Shown: positions 13,421 through 26,118, counted from the first letter of the stretch. The stretch: 64,000 nt of DNA from Blastocladiella emersonii ATCC 22665 (GCA_025594325.1 JANHCV010000002.1:2777634-2841633); one strand, 5' to 3'. Notes: generated by a model not told the origin, from the sequence alone. A program made the numbers and translations.

Positions 13421-13919
13421 CGCGGGGTGGCAGACGCGCTAGGCGGTTGCCGACGACGCGGCGGCGCTCAAACCCGTTGAAGGTGGAGCGGCGGGAGGAT
13501 CGACGGCCACTCGCCCGTGGTCTCGGCCGTCGCGGGCACGAGCGTAATGTCGCAGTCCTCAGCAGCACCGTTTACGCCTCGCTTGGCATCACCTAACCGT
13601 CAGGGCTCGTTGCGACATTTCCCCTCGCCTCGCTCAGTGTGAAGACGGCGTCGTGACGAGGTTCAGCGACTTTTATTTGGTCACAGAGATGCCATTGCTG
13701 CATGTTAACATGGTGGAAGCTTCATGGGTGTTTTCATGAGATGAGGAGCGAGCAAAGGGCAAAAAAGGGGTGGCTTATGTAGGTGCTTGCCGGTCAGGTG
13801 ACGCGTCGCTATGTGACGGCCGCGCTCTAGGTCACGTGGGCTGCATTTTTTCGGGGAGACCACTGGGGTTGAGCCCAGCACAACTGAGTTGGTTTGGTAG
13901 CCGGCCGGGCTCTCGCGCG

Positions 13920-14281
13920 TCAAAGGTACAAGTCGGTCTTGCCGACGCCGCTGCCAAGCCTTCGCACGCGTTCCGCCACCATGATGAGCACCTCCTCGCG
14001 TTTGGGCGTGGGCACGCCGACCTCGAAGCCCCACCGCACCACGGTCCCGTTGATGAACGCAAGCTTGTCGGGGCCGCACCGTTGCGCACCTCGGCTGCCG
14101 CGGTCGCGGAGTTGATGCTCCCGTTGACAGCGAGCTTGGTGAGCAGCAGGTTCTGCGTGGACGCCGCCGCGCCCTCGGTCCCACCCGGTTTCGCCGTGGT
14201 GTTGGGAAGGTCGCCAAGCACGTTGAGGAGGGCGACAGCACGCGGGGTCAGCGGATTTGAGGAAGCGTGCCCAAAAGCCAC
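13920..14281 (-). pseudogene. Relic of the ketopantoate reductase (PanE/ApbA) C-terminal domain
   Basis: KLAVNGSINSATA matches KLxxNxxxNxxTA, and GPDKLAFINGTVVRWGFEVGVPTP matches GRxxExxxINGxVVRxAxxxGVPTP. The two motifs are in different frames and about 60 aa too close together. Confidence 0.6.
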
Positions 14282-14499
14282 ACGCCGCTACTGGCGTGGG
14301 CAGTGTGTCGCCACGCACTCGCAGTCAACGACGAGGTGTCGCGGAAGCAGCCGTGTGTCGTGGACCCGAGCAGGATCGAGAGCTCGCCGGAGCCCAGGTG
14401 ACCAACACTCGGCCTTAGCCTTCGCCTCGACGCCTTGATGTTCGCGCCTTCCCCAGCCGTTTCCTCGGCACCTCGATCACGCACTCGGCTGTCGCGTGA

Positions 14500-15264
14500 C
14501 TACGCTGACTTGGCTCCGAGGAAAGTAAACATTGGCTTGCCACGCCTCGATTGCGAGTAAGAGCGCTCAACAAGGTGGCGTGCGCTCAATCGGAGTGGGA
14601 CCGGAGTGGCCACCAAGGCACGATTTCCATGAATGGGTGCGGACGCATGCTTGATCGGAGAATGATTAAGCGAGTCAGGGGAAGTTGTTGCAATCGGGTC
14701 CGTAGACTGTGGTGGTTGTGAATGAAGAAGCAAGCCAAGGTTGCTCGGGATGGGGCCAGTGGTAAACCCAACTGCCGATGGACTCAGAGTGGGCCAATCT
14801 GCCTTGTCCGGAGGGGCAGGTTCAGAGCAACCGCCTTCTGCAGGTGGAGAACTGACTGGGCGAGCCGGCAACATGGACTCGGAAAGATTTGGCCGCAAAA
14901 TGGCGCCTGAAGACTTGAGGTGGGACGGCATTTCAAGGGCTCGGCGTGATCTGAGTTCGCGGGGCGTGCCCAGACGTGTCCTCTTCACGTCGCGGTCAAG
15001 ATGGCCATTGTCAAGCGAGCGTTTGGCACGGGCTGGGGCCGTTTCCGGGAATGGGAGCGTAGCCGGGAGCGGTTCGCCCCCTTGCTGTCTCATCCGCAGG
15101 GTTCGAAGGGCCCCTCGGCAGTCTGCAGCGGGGCCAGCGTGATACACAACGTTCACGGCGGACTCTGCGCTCCCGCACAGCTTGCAGCGAAACTTTGGCT
15201 TCGCCTCTGTGACTTGAAAAGCAGTGCAGGCGCTGCATCGCACGGCAAGGTGCAGTTGAGGCAT
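14500..15264 (-). CDS. MRNIP: MRN-complex-interacting protein (MRNIP/UPF0544)-like: N-terminal CxxC..CxxC zinc domain with a disordered tail
   Basis: VRCSACTAFQV...FRCKLCG...GPAADCRGAL matches the MRNIP N-terminal pattern RCxxCxxFQxxQ...WxCKxCG...GxGADCRxxV. Divergent from UTP11. Confidence 0.7.
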   Translation of the reverse strand: MPQLHLAVRCSACTAFQVTEAKPKFRCKLCGSAESAVNVVYHAGPAADCRGALRTLRMRQQGGEPLPATLPFPETAPARAKRSLDNGHLDRDVKRTRLGTPRELRSRRALEMPSHLKSSGAILRPNLSESMLPARPVSSPPAEGGCSEPAPPDKADWPTLSPSAVGFTTGPIPSNLGLLLHSQPPQSTDPIATTSPDSLNHSPIKHASAPIHGNRALVATPVPLRLSARHLVERSYSQSRRGKPMFTFLGAKSA

Positions 15265-15570
15265 TGTCGAGTGAAAATGACGTTATTCCATTCGTTGCGT
15301 TTGGGTGTATAGTTCTTGAGGAGGGGAGAGGGGAACGACGGGTGAGTCAATCAGCACACAAGGGAGTGAGCGCTGGAGCGCACAGCGCTTCGCCCATCGC
15401 GACGGGTCGCGTGATCGAGTGTGACCTGAACGCACTTCTCGCGCGCTGTGGCGCTCGCCGCGCCGCGCCATCTCGACCGGACCTGTATCGAACAACCATG
15501 CCACTGTTGAGGACCGCCATACGACCGATCCTAGTTTCTGCAACGCATCGAGCAACTACATCCATCCATC

Positions 15571-16477
15571 ATGTCGAGCAGCCTGCGCAAAGTCGCCCCG
15601 CGGCGCACCCATCGTGAGCGTGCCCAGCCCGCCGCTCGCGCGAAGCTCGGCTTGCTGGAAAAGCACAAGGACTACGTTCTTCGTGCGCGCAACTTCCACA
15701 GCAAGGAGAAGCGGATCCTGTCCATGCAGAAGAAGGCGCGGCTCCGCAACCCCGATGAGTTCTACCACGCCATGGAAAAGTCCAAGACCAAGGACGGCGT
15801 TCACATTGTGGAGCGCAACGAGAAGTTTTCGGCGGACTTCTTGAAGCTCCTCAAGACCCAGGACAAGGGTTACGTGGCCAACCAGCGGAATGTTAACGTC
15901 AAGGTGCGGGAGCTCGTGCTATGGCGGTTGTCCGACCGCACGCTAACTCAACCCTCTGCTCCCGTAGAAAATCGAGAAGTTGCAATCCGAGCTCCATCTG
16001 CTGGGCGCCTCGGAGATGCTTCCCAGCCGTCCGGCTGACGATGGCGAAACGTCTGGTGACGACGGCGAGGACTCGGACCCGATTTCGTCCATCCCAATGG
16101 TGTCTCGCGCAACTCACACCATCTTTGTCGATACCGAGGAGGATGCTACCAGCTTCGACCCCTCGGTGCACTTCGACACGCCCGAGCAGTTCCTCGCTCG
16201 CCGCTTCAATCGCCCCACCAAGGAGATGCTCGCCACGGCGGCCCTCCCCAACGTCGCGCGCGACCTCAATCCGGCGGTCATCAAGAATGCGGAGCGTGAG
16301 CGCGCCGCAAAGTACGCGGAACTTGCCTCCCGAATCGCCCGCGACAAGAAGCTACGTGAGGCGGAGCTGGAGATGGAGACGCAGAAGGCGCTCATGGGCA
16401 AGGGTCGGCGGAAAAAGGTGGGAGTTGACGCGCGCGGGCTCTCCGTGTACAAGTGGAAGCCCGAGCGCAAGACCTAG
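15571..16477 (+). CDS. UTP11: U3 snoRNP / SSU processome protein Utp11; intron 15904-15967
   Basis: MSSSLRK..RRTHRERAQP..R.KLGLLEKHKDYVLRARNFH, RNPDEFY and the C-terminal YKWKPERK. Canonical intron GTGCGG..GCTAAC..TAG. Confidence 0.95.
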
Positions 16478-16661
16478 TCTGCTCGGGTCCGCGCAATACA
16501 CGTCTTTTATGAACAAACCCGCATCTTCGTGCGAGGGTTCCTTCCTCCTCTGGCAGGAACAAACGTTGGTGACCACGTACGACAGGGACCACGCAGTAGA
16601 TTACGATAGAAATTCATTCACCCTTACAGCCCATGGTCCATCATACGAGGGAACGCAAACC

Positions 16662-17744
16662 CTAGGCCTTGGCCACCTCCTCCGATGGAGGCGTGTGCTT
16701 CTTGAGGAGCTCATCAATCTCAGCCGCACCCAAGATGGAGAACACAATGTCGTCGCCCTCCTTCCGGAGAAATGCGATTTCGACTAGATGCGCGAGGAGG
16801 GGAAGATGGACGGCGTGGGACATGTGTCAGTCACGAGTAAGGCAGGCGGCCAGTGTGGGCGGGATGGTCCAGGGTGAGATCTGAGGAGATAAGCAGGATG
16901 ATGCGTACGCTTCTCCGAGGACAGGGCGTTGGCCTCGACCGTCTTGGCCAGGACCTTGACCGCAAGCGCCGTGATGCCCTCGAGCGTGAGCACGGCCTCG
17001 CACCCCTCCTCGCCCTCCTCCTTGTACTCGGACTTGAGCATGCTGGTTGCGGCCCCGTTGTTGGCGCCGATGCACGTGGCCTTCCACCCGCTGTAGTTGC
17101 CCGAGGGGTCCGAGTGGTACAGCTGGAAGCCAAAGTGGTCGTCGTAGCCAGCGTAGAGGAACGAGACGCCAAACGGACGAAGACCACCGTACTGCGTGTA
17201 GCCCTGCTTGAGGTCGCACAGGCGCTGCACGAGCTGCTCCGGCGGCATGTCCTGGTTGTACGTGAAGAGGTGCCGCTGCGCCGTCTGCCGCGCGTAGTTG
17301 ATGAGGTTGTTGGCGTCCGAGGCGATACCGGCCACCGCACAGAGCATCTTGCTGCAAAGGGGCAGGAGAGGGGGACGCGTCGGTCAGCAACAATGACTGC
17401 ATGGCGGGGGAGAGCCATGAGCACGTACTCGTGGACGATGTAGATCTTCTCGGTCGACGAGCCCGCCTCGAGGAGCTTGGACGTGACCTTCTTCTCGGCC
17501 GCGAGAATGATGCCCTCGGGGCAGGTGATCCCGATGCACGTTCCGGCATGCGAAATGGCCTCCATGGCGTACTCGACCTGGTACAGGCGGCCTGCAGCAA
17601 GGGGGCTCCGTCAGCGCGGAGCAAGCGAGCGGGTGCACGAGCGGGCCGAGGCTGGACCTGTCCTCGCGTCGGCCCGCATGGCCAGGAGGATGGGGTACCC
17701 TCGGGCGAGAAGATGGTGGTGCGCGAATCGTAGCGGCGCGCCAT
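16662..17744 (-). CDS. PRE9: 20S proteasome subunit alpha-3; 3 introns
   Basis: [16 protein letters not shown]|[37 protein letters not shown] and [15 protein letters not shown]. Last exon EIAFLRKEG...AKA*. Confidence 0.97.
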
Positions 17745-18025
17745 GGTGGAATCAGGGGACTGGTGGTGGTGCTGGTGCTGGTGCGGTCAGTCGGGTGCTC
17801 CGAGCGGATCCGTAAGCTGCGTGGTTCGTCGCGTCGACGGCAAGGGGGGAGGACGGGCGCGGTGCGGTGCAGACGGCGCTCGTTCGCCCCGGCGCGCAGC
17901 GTCAGCGTGATGACGCTCGCGGCCTGCGGTCACGTGCGCGTGAGCCCGCCGTGCCGAAAGGGCGCCACCGCTCTCGGCGACCGCTCCTGCCCGCACGAAT
18001 CTCCTGGGACAAACCATTCCTCGCC

Positions 18026-20410
18026 ATGAAACAACATGCAGTTGCTTTGATGGGGGAGCCGGACACCGCCACCATCGCGGATCTCGCGCGCGTTCGCGAC
18101 CGCCTGAACAGCAACGTCTGGTCGCTCGACCTTGTCGCGCGCGAGGCCCTCGCCCTCCAAACTGAGCTTAGGTCCTTGGATAGCTCGGTATGTGCCCGCT
18201 GCCCGGCATTTCTGTGTCTCTCGGGGCCTGACTAACACCATTTTCGTCTCCCAGGCACCGGCTCGCTCCGAACGACGGACAGCCCTACGTGTTGACGCCG
18301 TCGAGTCTTGCCACAGCGCACTCTCTAGCGTGGAACGCATTGCTTCTCGTGTTGCTTCTATCGAAGCGTCCACACGCACGTCAGCCGACAGCACTGCCCC
18401 TACTTGTGCGAGTCTCTCCAACGTCGTGGGCCGCCTTCGCGAAATTGAGGCTGTCAAAAACTACTACTCGGTTGCCGCTTCGTACCTCAATCTCGAGTAC
18501 GCGATGCACGCAGAATCGCATGCCGCCCACGGCCGAGGTTCTCACACAATGCCGACCGACCGACCTACTGTAGGTGCGCTGCTCCATCGCTTGGATCACT
18601 CAAAGCGCTTCAGGAGCTGGAGAAGTGCGCGATCCGTTCTGGCTCTGCGAATGTGCTTAACGTCGCTGTCGTTGAGGCTGTCAAGGCACAGCAGACCTCG
18701 CTGCTTGCTGGGAAAGCGAACCAGCTCGCCAGCCTCCTTTCGGAAAGCGGATGGCCTACCGCTAATCTTCATGATGTCCCGGAGTTTTCGAGCATCCAGT
18801 CTCTGATAGACGAGGTTTCTCAAATGTACGCTCCCCGCTATCCAGCTCCGCGCTCTTCTTAACCGACTCTCGGCCAAACTTACCGCGCTGTAGTTCAATT
18901 TCTGAAGCCGTTGCGAGCCTGGTTGCGCCCATTTCGCAGCGCTTCGAATATCACTTCTCGGGCGCTCGTCCGACGAACCAGCTTGATCGCCCAGAGTGGG
19001 CCGTTGGCTACCTGCAGAAAATCATGGTCATGCAGGTTCGGGCCGTGTCCTCGCTTGCAGGCGGAGCAATTACGCCACTGTGGGTCAAGGAGATCACCGC
19101 CCTGCTCGGCACTAAGCTTCTGCGTGACTGGCCCTCCCTTGTTGATACGGCTAATCTCGTCGTGGCCGCTCGTACTTGGAGCGCAATTGCATCCTTTGAA
19201 GGCGATATACTCGTCCTGTACGGTACTCAATGCGACAACCACGGCTGGGATGGCCCTACTTCGTTGGCTTCTCGTCAGGTCCTGCTAAATGGCATGGCTC
19301 GCATGCTTGAACAAGTAGTCAATCGGTTGATTGCTGACGCAAACGCTTGGGAGTGGGAACACACCGATGACGCTGATATCGACGACTCTCGCCGCACTCG
19401 CCTGATCCAACGATTGGAGCCATACTGGAGCCTTGTGGCGGGTATGTTCGCTAATCAGTCTACGCGTCTGCCTTTCCTGATCATCACACTCACACAGAAT
19501 CGCGTCTCGTGCCTAATAGCGCTCCCGGCTAAGCTTACCAAAGACTTTGCGCAGGGTTTCGTCGAACATGTTCTTGCACAGGGTCTGGACCATGCTTCCC
19601 GCCAGCTTGAACGTGTATTCGAGAACGCCAGCCCCCTGCATCAGCTTCGCATCGCCTCCAGCATGTATCACTTGGGTTTGCAGCTCCAAGTTTGGCTGCC
19701 CGACCTTCCCGTACGTGACTAGATCTTGCTTGACGAGCGGCCGCGCGATCGACCTACTAATTCTGCCACGCACTTCATTCTAGACCGAAGCCACGCTGCT
19801 TGATGATGCAGCCAATTCCATTGACAAGGCTCTTTGTTCATTCCTCAATAGCCTTGCCGTCCGTACCACCGACGCGTCGGTAAGCGTTTGGCTTGATCTC
19901 GCAGCTGAACGCGGCGATCCTGCGCGACGTTTCGCTAGTCGACTCGCGAGTCAGCTCCACACCGCTCAAAACAACCTTCCTACTTCCGTGTTCCGGCGCC
20001 TCTTCCACCGACTCCAAGTTCGCCTTGACACTGTCCTGCCATCGACCATTCTCGCGCAGCGCGTGCCTGGCGGGCTTGCCCCCGCGCTCCTCAGCACTAG
20101 TATCCGCGCTGCAACCACGGCATTGTCATCCACACTCGCACAGTTTTCACCACACTGCGAGACCATCGTTGCACTCCCTCGATGCGACCAGCTCCAAGTC
20201 TTAATCGGCTTGTCGCGCGAGCAGCGTAACATACTCGCCTCCACCCTTCGTGAGGCGACTCAAGAGTCTGGCTGGGCAATCGCGAGCAGCAATCCTAGTA
20301 CGTGGCCCGCCCATGCAGCAGAATGGCGTGTTCCTAATCTTGCGCTCAGCGAGGTCCAAGCCGCCATTGAGCGGCTTGCCATGGAATCAGACGATCCAGT
20401 CGACGGATAA
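18026..20410 (+). CDS. TIP20: TIP20/RINT-1 family tethering (Dsl1/NRZ complex) subunit; multi-exon
   Basis: RFEYHFSGARPTNQLDRPEW (~18945-19000) is the RINT1/TIP20 signature. It has a coiled-coil N-terminus and several GT..AG introns; exact exon boundaries are not all resolved. Confidence 0.85.
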
Positions 20411-20450
20411 CAGAGTAATGTATATTCAAATTTGGTTTACAACCGTTTCG

Positions 20451-21827
20451 CTAGAGTCGCGACTTGATGTTGCCCACAGCGAGGATGCGGCGCATGGCTG
20501 TATCAAAGTCCTTGACGCCATGGAGCTTGGGGCTCGAGTTGGACGCGGCGGCAGCTCCCGCCTTGGAGGCGCCGGCCTGCGCCTTGACCATCTCCAAAAC
20601 CTTGCAAGCGATGCCCCACGAGCTTTGGTAACCGCCGCCGCCGATGCCGTAGGCGTGCACAACAAGGTACGCAGGTCGGAAGGTGGCTGACGCGGTGTCC
20701 GCTGGGCTGTGCCACTCGGCCTCGAGGCGTAAACCTCCCTTGCGGGTCGGGCGCAGACCAACTCGGTGTGCAACGACGAGTTTCTCAAGATCCTGGCCGG
20801 GAAAGTCTTGCAGTTGCGGGCACAAGCGCACCGCGTTCTTGAGAATGCGACTGGCCGTGGCCGGGTCCGGGGTCATGGACGTGGCGCCCTCCTCCCACGA
20901 TCCCCCGAGCACGACGTTTCCATCATCGCGGGGGATGACATAGTCAAAGGTGCCGTCGCGCCCTTCGCGGGTGATGGTGTACTTGACGTTGGGGGCCTTG
21001 AGAATGGCGATCTGGCCACGCGTCGGGAAGCACAACGGATCGGCCACCCCGCCAAGCGTAGCTGCACCGTGGCCAGAGCAGTTGATGACGATGGAGCGCG
21101 CCTGCTTGCCGGAAGTCAAGGCGTGGGCCTCGTCAATGTGCGCGATTTGCCTGACGATGGTTTTGCCGCCCAGGCGGCGGAACAGGCGCGTTAACCAAGC
21201 AAGCGTCTTGGGCGAGTTGATCGTGACTACGCGGGGATGATGAACTCGTTGTGGTGAGCGAGCGAAGACCAAGAAGCGGCGCCATCGTACGTACACGAGC
21301 CGTAAGAAAACCCAAATCGACAGCCCGCTGGCAGGTCGTCCTTGCGCAAAATTGCAAACTGTGGTGCAAGCGCATCATCAGCTTCATGCCGCGAACGCGC
21401 GGGCGTGGATCAAAGTACCTGGTCCACGTCGTCCTTGAACCACGGCAGCTCCTCGTCCTCGTGCGTGTACACGTCGAAAGACGGCATGGGAACAATGCCG
21501 GACTCGGAGACTTTGACCAGCCGCTTGAAGGCATGGAGAGAGATCCGGTCAATGTCTATGACGCCCGATTGCGCGGTTAGAACCGTCCGGTTTGACGGTT
21601 CAAGTTGACGGACCGATCATTCGCTTGTCGTCGGCGCGGGCAAACGAGCGCCAGTGGGCGCCAGCCTTGGGAGAGGCAAACGTCGGCGAGTCCTCGGGAT
21701 AGTCATCGGGGAAGTGGGCGGCAACCACCGTGACGGGAAAACCTGCGGCCTGAAGCACCACGGCGGTGGTGAGGCCGACAACGCCCGCGCCCACGACGCA
21801 GACCGCGGGAGAAGTTGAGCGTGGCAT
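20451..21827 (-). CDS. DAO1: D-amino-acid oxidase (FAD-dependent), peroxisomal; 3 introns
   Basis: VVGAGVVGLTTA Rossmann motif, ASPKAGAHW, RGQ, YVIPR, VGLRP.R and HAYGIGGGGYQSSWG. C-terminal PTS1 SRL*. Exons splice in frame. Confidence 0.93.
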
Positions 21828-21917
21828 GAGTGATTCTTTGCAATAAGAGTCGGGTCAAGTGCGTCCAGCTGGGGAGGGGGCAAGCGATGAGCGAGCGGCT
21901 CAGGGACCGCGCCGTGG

Positions 21918-21965
21918 GCGAGCGCCCTGGCGAGCGCCCTGGCGAGCGCCCTGGCGAGCGCCCAG
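21918..21965. repeat. 12-bp tandem repeat (ggcgagcgccct), ~4 copies
   Basis: Direct inspection. Confidence 0.85.
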
Positions 21966-22079
21966 CCGCGCGACGCGAACTCAAACCGCCTCGCGCCGCC
22001 GACGCGGGCTCCGGAAATTCCCGACGTCCCGCACGGCTCCACCTTGCACTCCAGAGCCGCTCCCCGACTCGGCCGCGTC

Positions 22080-23500
22080 TTTCGGCGAGGTCAAGAAGCT
22101 CGCGTAGGTGCTGTTCAACGACCAGGTCAACGCCGACACGGGCGAGGGCTTCACGCGCGAGCCGGAGCGTGTCAAGGATCCTGGCCGGGAACCTCGGCGA
22201 GCTGTTTGCTGAGAAGGAGGCCCCGCTGCCGCTCGCCTCGGCCCCTCCCGTCTGGGAGGAGATCTACGCGCCGCTTGACCACGTCCCCGACGACGCGTAC
22301 GACAACCTCATGAAGCCGCCGTCGTTTGACGAGTTCCACGCCGCGCTCTCGGCGTCTGGCCCGACCAAGGCGCCGGGGCCGTCGGGCGTTCAGACCAAGC
22401 TGTGGCTCGATTCGGGTCCCGAGGTGCTCGACGCGCTCCACCGCGTCGTGTGCGCCATGTTCGCGCACCGCGTCGTGCCCGACGGGTGGAAGACGAGCAT
22501 GGTCGTCACGATTCCGTAACGACAACCCGTTCGCGGGCGACCTCTCGACGATGCGCCCGATCACGCTGCTCGAGGTGACGCAGAAGGCCATGACGCGCGT
22601 CCTCTTCAACCGCATCACCGCCATCTTCGTCCGCCACAACGTGCTGAGGGGGGCGTGCGACAGCGTCCTCTCGGGCACGAGCACGGACGGAATCATCACC
22701 GCGGTCAGCGCCGTCCAGACGTGGGCCAACGCCAAGGACGACGCGCGCGAGGCGTTCCTGTTTCTGGAAGATAAGTCCAAGGCGTACAATTCCATCGGAT
22801 TCGAGGTCGTGCGGCGCGCGCTCCGACGGGTCAAGCTGCCCGAGCAGTTCATCGAGTTCTACGTCGACGGGATCCTGTCCTCGCGCGAGGTCTCGCTGCT
22901 CACCAGCTTCGACGTGACCAAGACGGTCCCAGTCGGCCGTGGTCTCCCTCAGGGCGGCGTCGAGTGCCCGCTCCTCTGGAACCTCGTCTACGACCCGCTC
23001 CTGTGCGCCCCCAAGAAGTGGACCGCCGGGCTCGAGATGTCCGTCGAGCTCCCCGCGGTGCACCCTCGCTCCGCCGCCGCAGTCGCCGCACCGCCGCCGC
23101 CGCCGCCGCCGCCCGTCTCGATGCGCGTGCACGCCTTCGCGTACGTCGACGACCTAACGCTCGTGGCGCCGTCGCTCGAGGCGCTCGGCGAGGGCGCGGC
23201 GATCGTGTCCGAGTTCAACGCGCTCAACGGGCTGCGCGCCGACCCGAGCAAGAGCCTCGTGCTCCGCGCGGCTCGCCCGCCTGCGCAGCAGCGGCCCCTG
23301 CGCTTTTCCGTGGGCGGCGAGGAGGTCCGTGTCCTCGGACCCAAGGAGCCCGCACGCATTCTCGGTGCGTGGTTCAGCGGCGACGGAAGCAACGCGCCCA
23401 CGCTCGAGACGGTCACTCGCGAAGCGCTCCTCGCGCTCGCGACCATGGCGCCCCGCCGCCTCACGGCCCGAGCCATCGTCTACGCCATCACATGGCCACC
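22080..23500 (+). mobile_element. Degenerate non-LTR retrotransposon RT fragment (5'- and 3'-truncated)
   Basis: KAPGPSG, MRPITLLE, EDKSKAYNSI, GLPQGGVECPLLWNLVYDPLL and FAYVDD. Stops/frameshifts at ~22105, ~22175 and ~22517. The frame degenerates at ~23500 with no RNase H. Confidence 0.9.
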
Positions 23501-26118
23501 ATCCCACGTGATATATTGTTAGGACATCCTCCGTTTCGAGCACCTACCCCCGGGAAGGCCAACATTTTCCGTGAGCCTAACGCTTCCATTGAGTTCGAGC
23601 CCTTGGCGGCAGGGCAACCTCGTCGCCAAAAAAAGCAGGCGACCTGCTGACGAGAGATGTCCGAGATCACCAAGCAGCGCCTTGTACAGTATGCAGCGTA
23701 CAGCGTATGTTCAAGCTCCTACAGCCCGCGCACCGATCTATCAACCTTGTCAGGGCCGACCAAGAGCAGATTCGCGTCAACGCGTTGGACTTGGTGGACG
23801 GCGTTGCCGCCTCGACTGACCTGCCGCCTCGACTGACCTGCCGCCGCATAATATTTGCCGCAACTCGAAGCAATTGGGTATTGTTCCACCTGTCCCGTAG
23901 GACAAGTGGCCGTCGGACTCGCTTCGCACGCGCGCCGAGGCCAAGGTCTGGGTCAGCGAGAGATCTGTCGTTATCAGGCACAGCGTCACAGTAGGGCCTG
24001 GTTGTCGCCGCCGTCATTCATCTTGCGGCTGCAGAGCGGAATCGGCTGCTTGGCCTTGATGCATTTGCTAAACCATGCATCACGCGTCGTGCGTCCAAGA
24101 TCACCTCGCGTCCGATGCCGAGGTCAGCACGTATAGAACCTCGGCCGTGCGCCGGACCGTGTCGGACATAACCGTCGCGATTCTCCCAAACTGGATCGAC
24201 TCCAACGCCGTGTAGGTTCGCAAAGTCCTCGTACTTGAGTTTCACGTCGCCGCTGGTGCCGAGCGTAACGCGGCAAAGCCAAAGCTAGTATGGCTTCGGC
24301 TGCGTCGCGCTGCCATCAAGGTTCGGGCACAGGATCGGCGACTGGCGAAGTAAGTATGACCAGCAAATTCTTGAAAAAGGCAATACAACTGTAACGTCGG
24401 CCTCGGGATCAAACATGGCATCAGAGCCCGCTTCGCCTGAAGCTCAGGCTCCACGAGTGGTCCGGGCGCCCCAAACCGGGTAGTGCAAACCCGCCATTTG
24501 CTTGGCCGGTGGACCACTAACATAGTTGGAGCGCAATTGACAGCAGGCGTTGCCTACTCGTTCTCATCAGCACCAGGGTGGCCCTTGGACTTGTGCGCGT
24601 CGTGATAGGGACGGAAGTGGCGGGAAGATCCATGGCCGCGCTCCTGAGCGGTGACAGGCTGAGCAACAATGGCAGGAAGGCCGAAGAGATGCGGTCCAGC
24701 TTGACGGTTAACGTGATCGAGATGATGATGGTCTCAATGAGGGAGACGCTGGAGGCGTTTGGAGCGTCATCGTAGCCGACACCCTCTGAAAGAAGCCAAG
24801 GGGTCGAGTGCTGCGCGTCAAGCAAACTCTCTCAGCTAAGCTGTGTGCGCAGCCGCAAGGAACTGCGTTGGGACCCGTGCGTTGTCCTCACTCTCAGAAT
24901 CCGAGACCACACGACCAAATTCGCGGCAAACCGGGTAGTAAGCGGCCGATGTTGATCGCAAGCCAATGAGCGAGAGCTCCTCGGCCGGCCTGGCAAAGAG
25001 AGCCGCGTAAGTGCTGCAAACTCAAAACGGTGCTGGTCATCAGCACGGAATATCTCGCAGTCCGTTGTGGTGCACCCGTCCGCGGCACGTATCTCAGCGA
25101 GCGACGCGAGATCAGCAGCGGGGCGATGGTCAAGGGCATGGACTTCATCGGCCAGATCGGGCGGTGTTGGCGAAGCGGCGCGCTGCTACTTGGTCAACGA
25201 GCCCGAGGAGCCGAGTTAACGGCAGTCCAGGAAACGGCACTCGCGATTCACGCGCGGGGCAATGGGTCCTGTTCTGCTCCGGTGTCAGCTTGGGCGCGCG
25301 ATCTTGACCGTATGGAAGCGTTGGCGCGAGTGCGAGTGCGAGTGCGAGTGCGTTGCAAGGTCGGCGCAGTCGAAAGGTAAAATGGGTGCCGTCAGCATAG
25401 GATTAGCGGGAAGAAGCTTGCACAGAGTCGAGCAGGCGGTCGTGCGAGTGGGTGCGAGGCGGGTGCCACGAGAAGCTCCCTCGGTGCCGTGCGCGGCCGA
25501 ACGAGACTTGGCCGAGGGGCGCGCTAGTCCTGGCGAGCGCGCGCTTGACGGGCATGGCGGGAATAATGGACTCCAAGTCGCGCTGGGCGGACTGGTCGGG
25601 CGGCGCAAGTGGCCGGGCGAGGACGCGTCGAGAGCGAAGCCGAGAGGCGGTCGAGCCACCAGCGCGGTCGCGCAACACGGGCGGGTGCGGCCGAGGCGAT
25701 GTCTGCAGGGCGCCACTACGGGCCGCGGCGTTGGGGTCGCCGGGGTCAGACTTCTCCTTTCGCGACGGTATGACGCGTTAAGGCGGTGGCGCTCGGCATG
25801 ACGACGGTCAGGATTGGATTAGCTTGCAGCGACTAGAGTGGGCGATTGATTCGTCGGCAACGTGGAGGAAGCAAGTCGGCAGCGCTGGCGGGCGGAGCGC
25901 TTCGAGTCGCGGACCAAAGGGTGAACGCGCGGGCGGATCGCGCTCCACGTGTGGCACTCTCGTGGACCTGCCAAACGCGTCGAGCGGCGCAACGCGTCTT
26001 CACTGCACCACTCTTCCCCACTCTCATGGTATGATGGACGAAAACTTTGTAGATTGAACGTCAAACAAGATGAGAACCAGGAAAAGAAAAAGGGAAAGGG
26101 CCTTGGGAACACCTCACC

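Noticed and set aside
25120-25160. DEVH helicase motif (LADEVHALDH) on the minus strand
   Set aside because: No Walker A or other helicase motifs nearby; likely chance.
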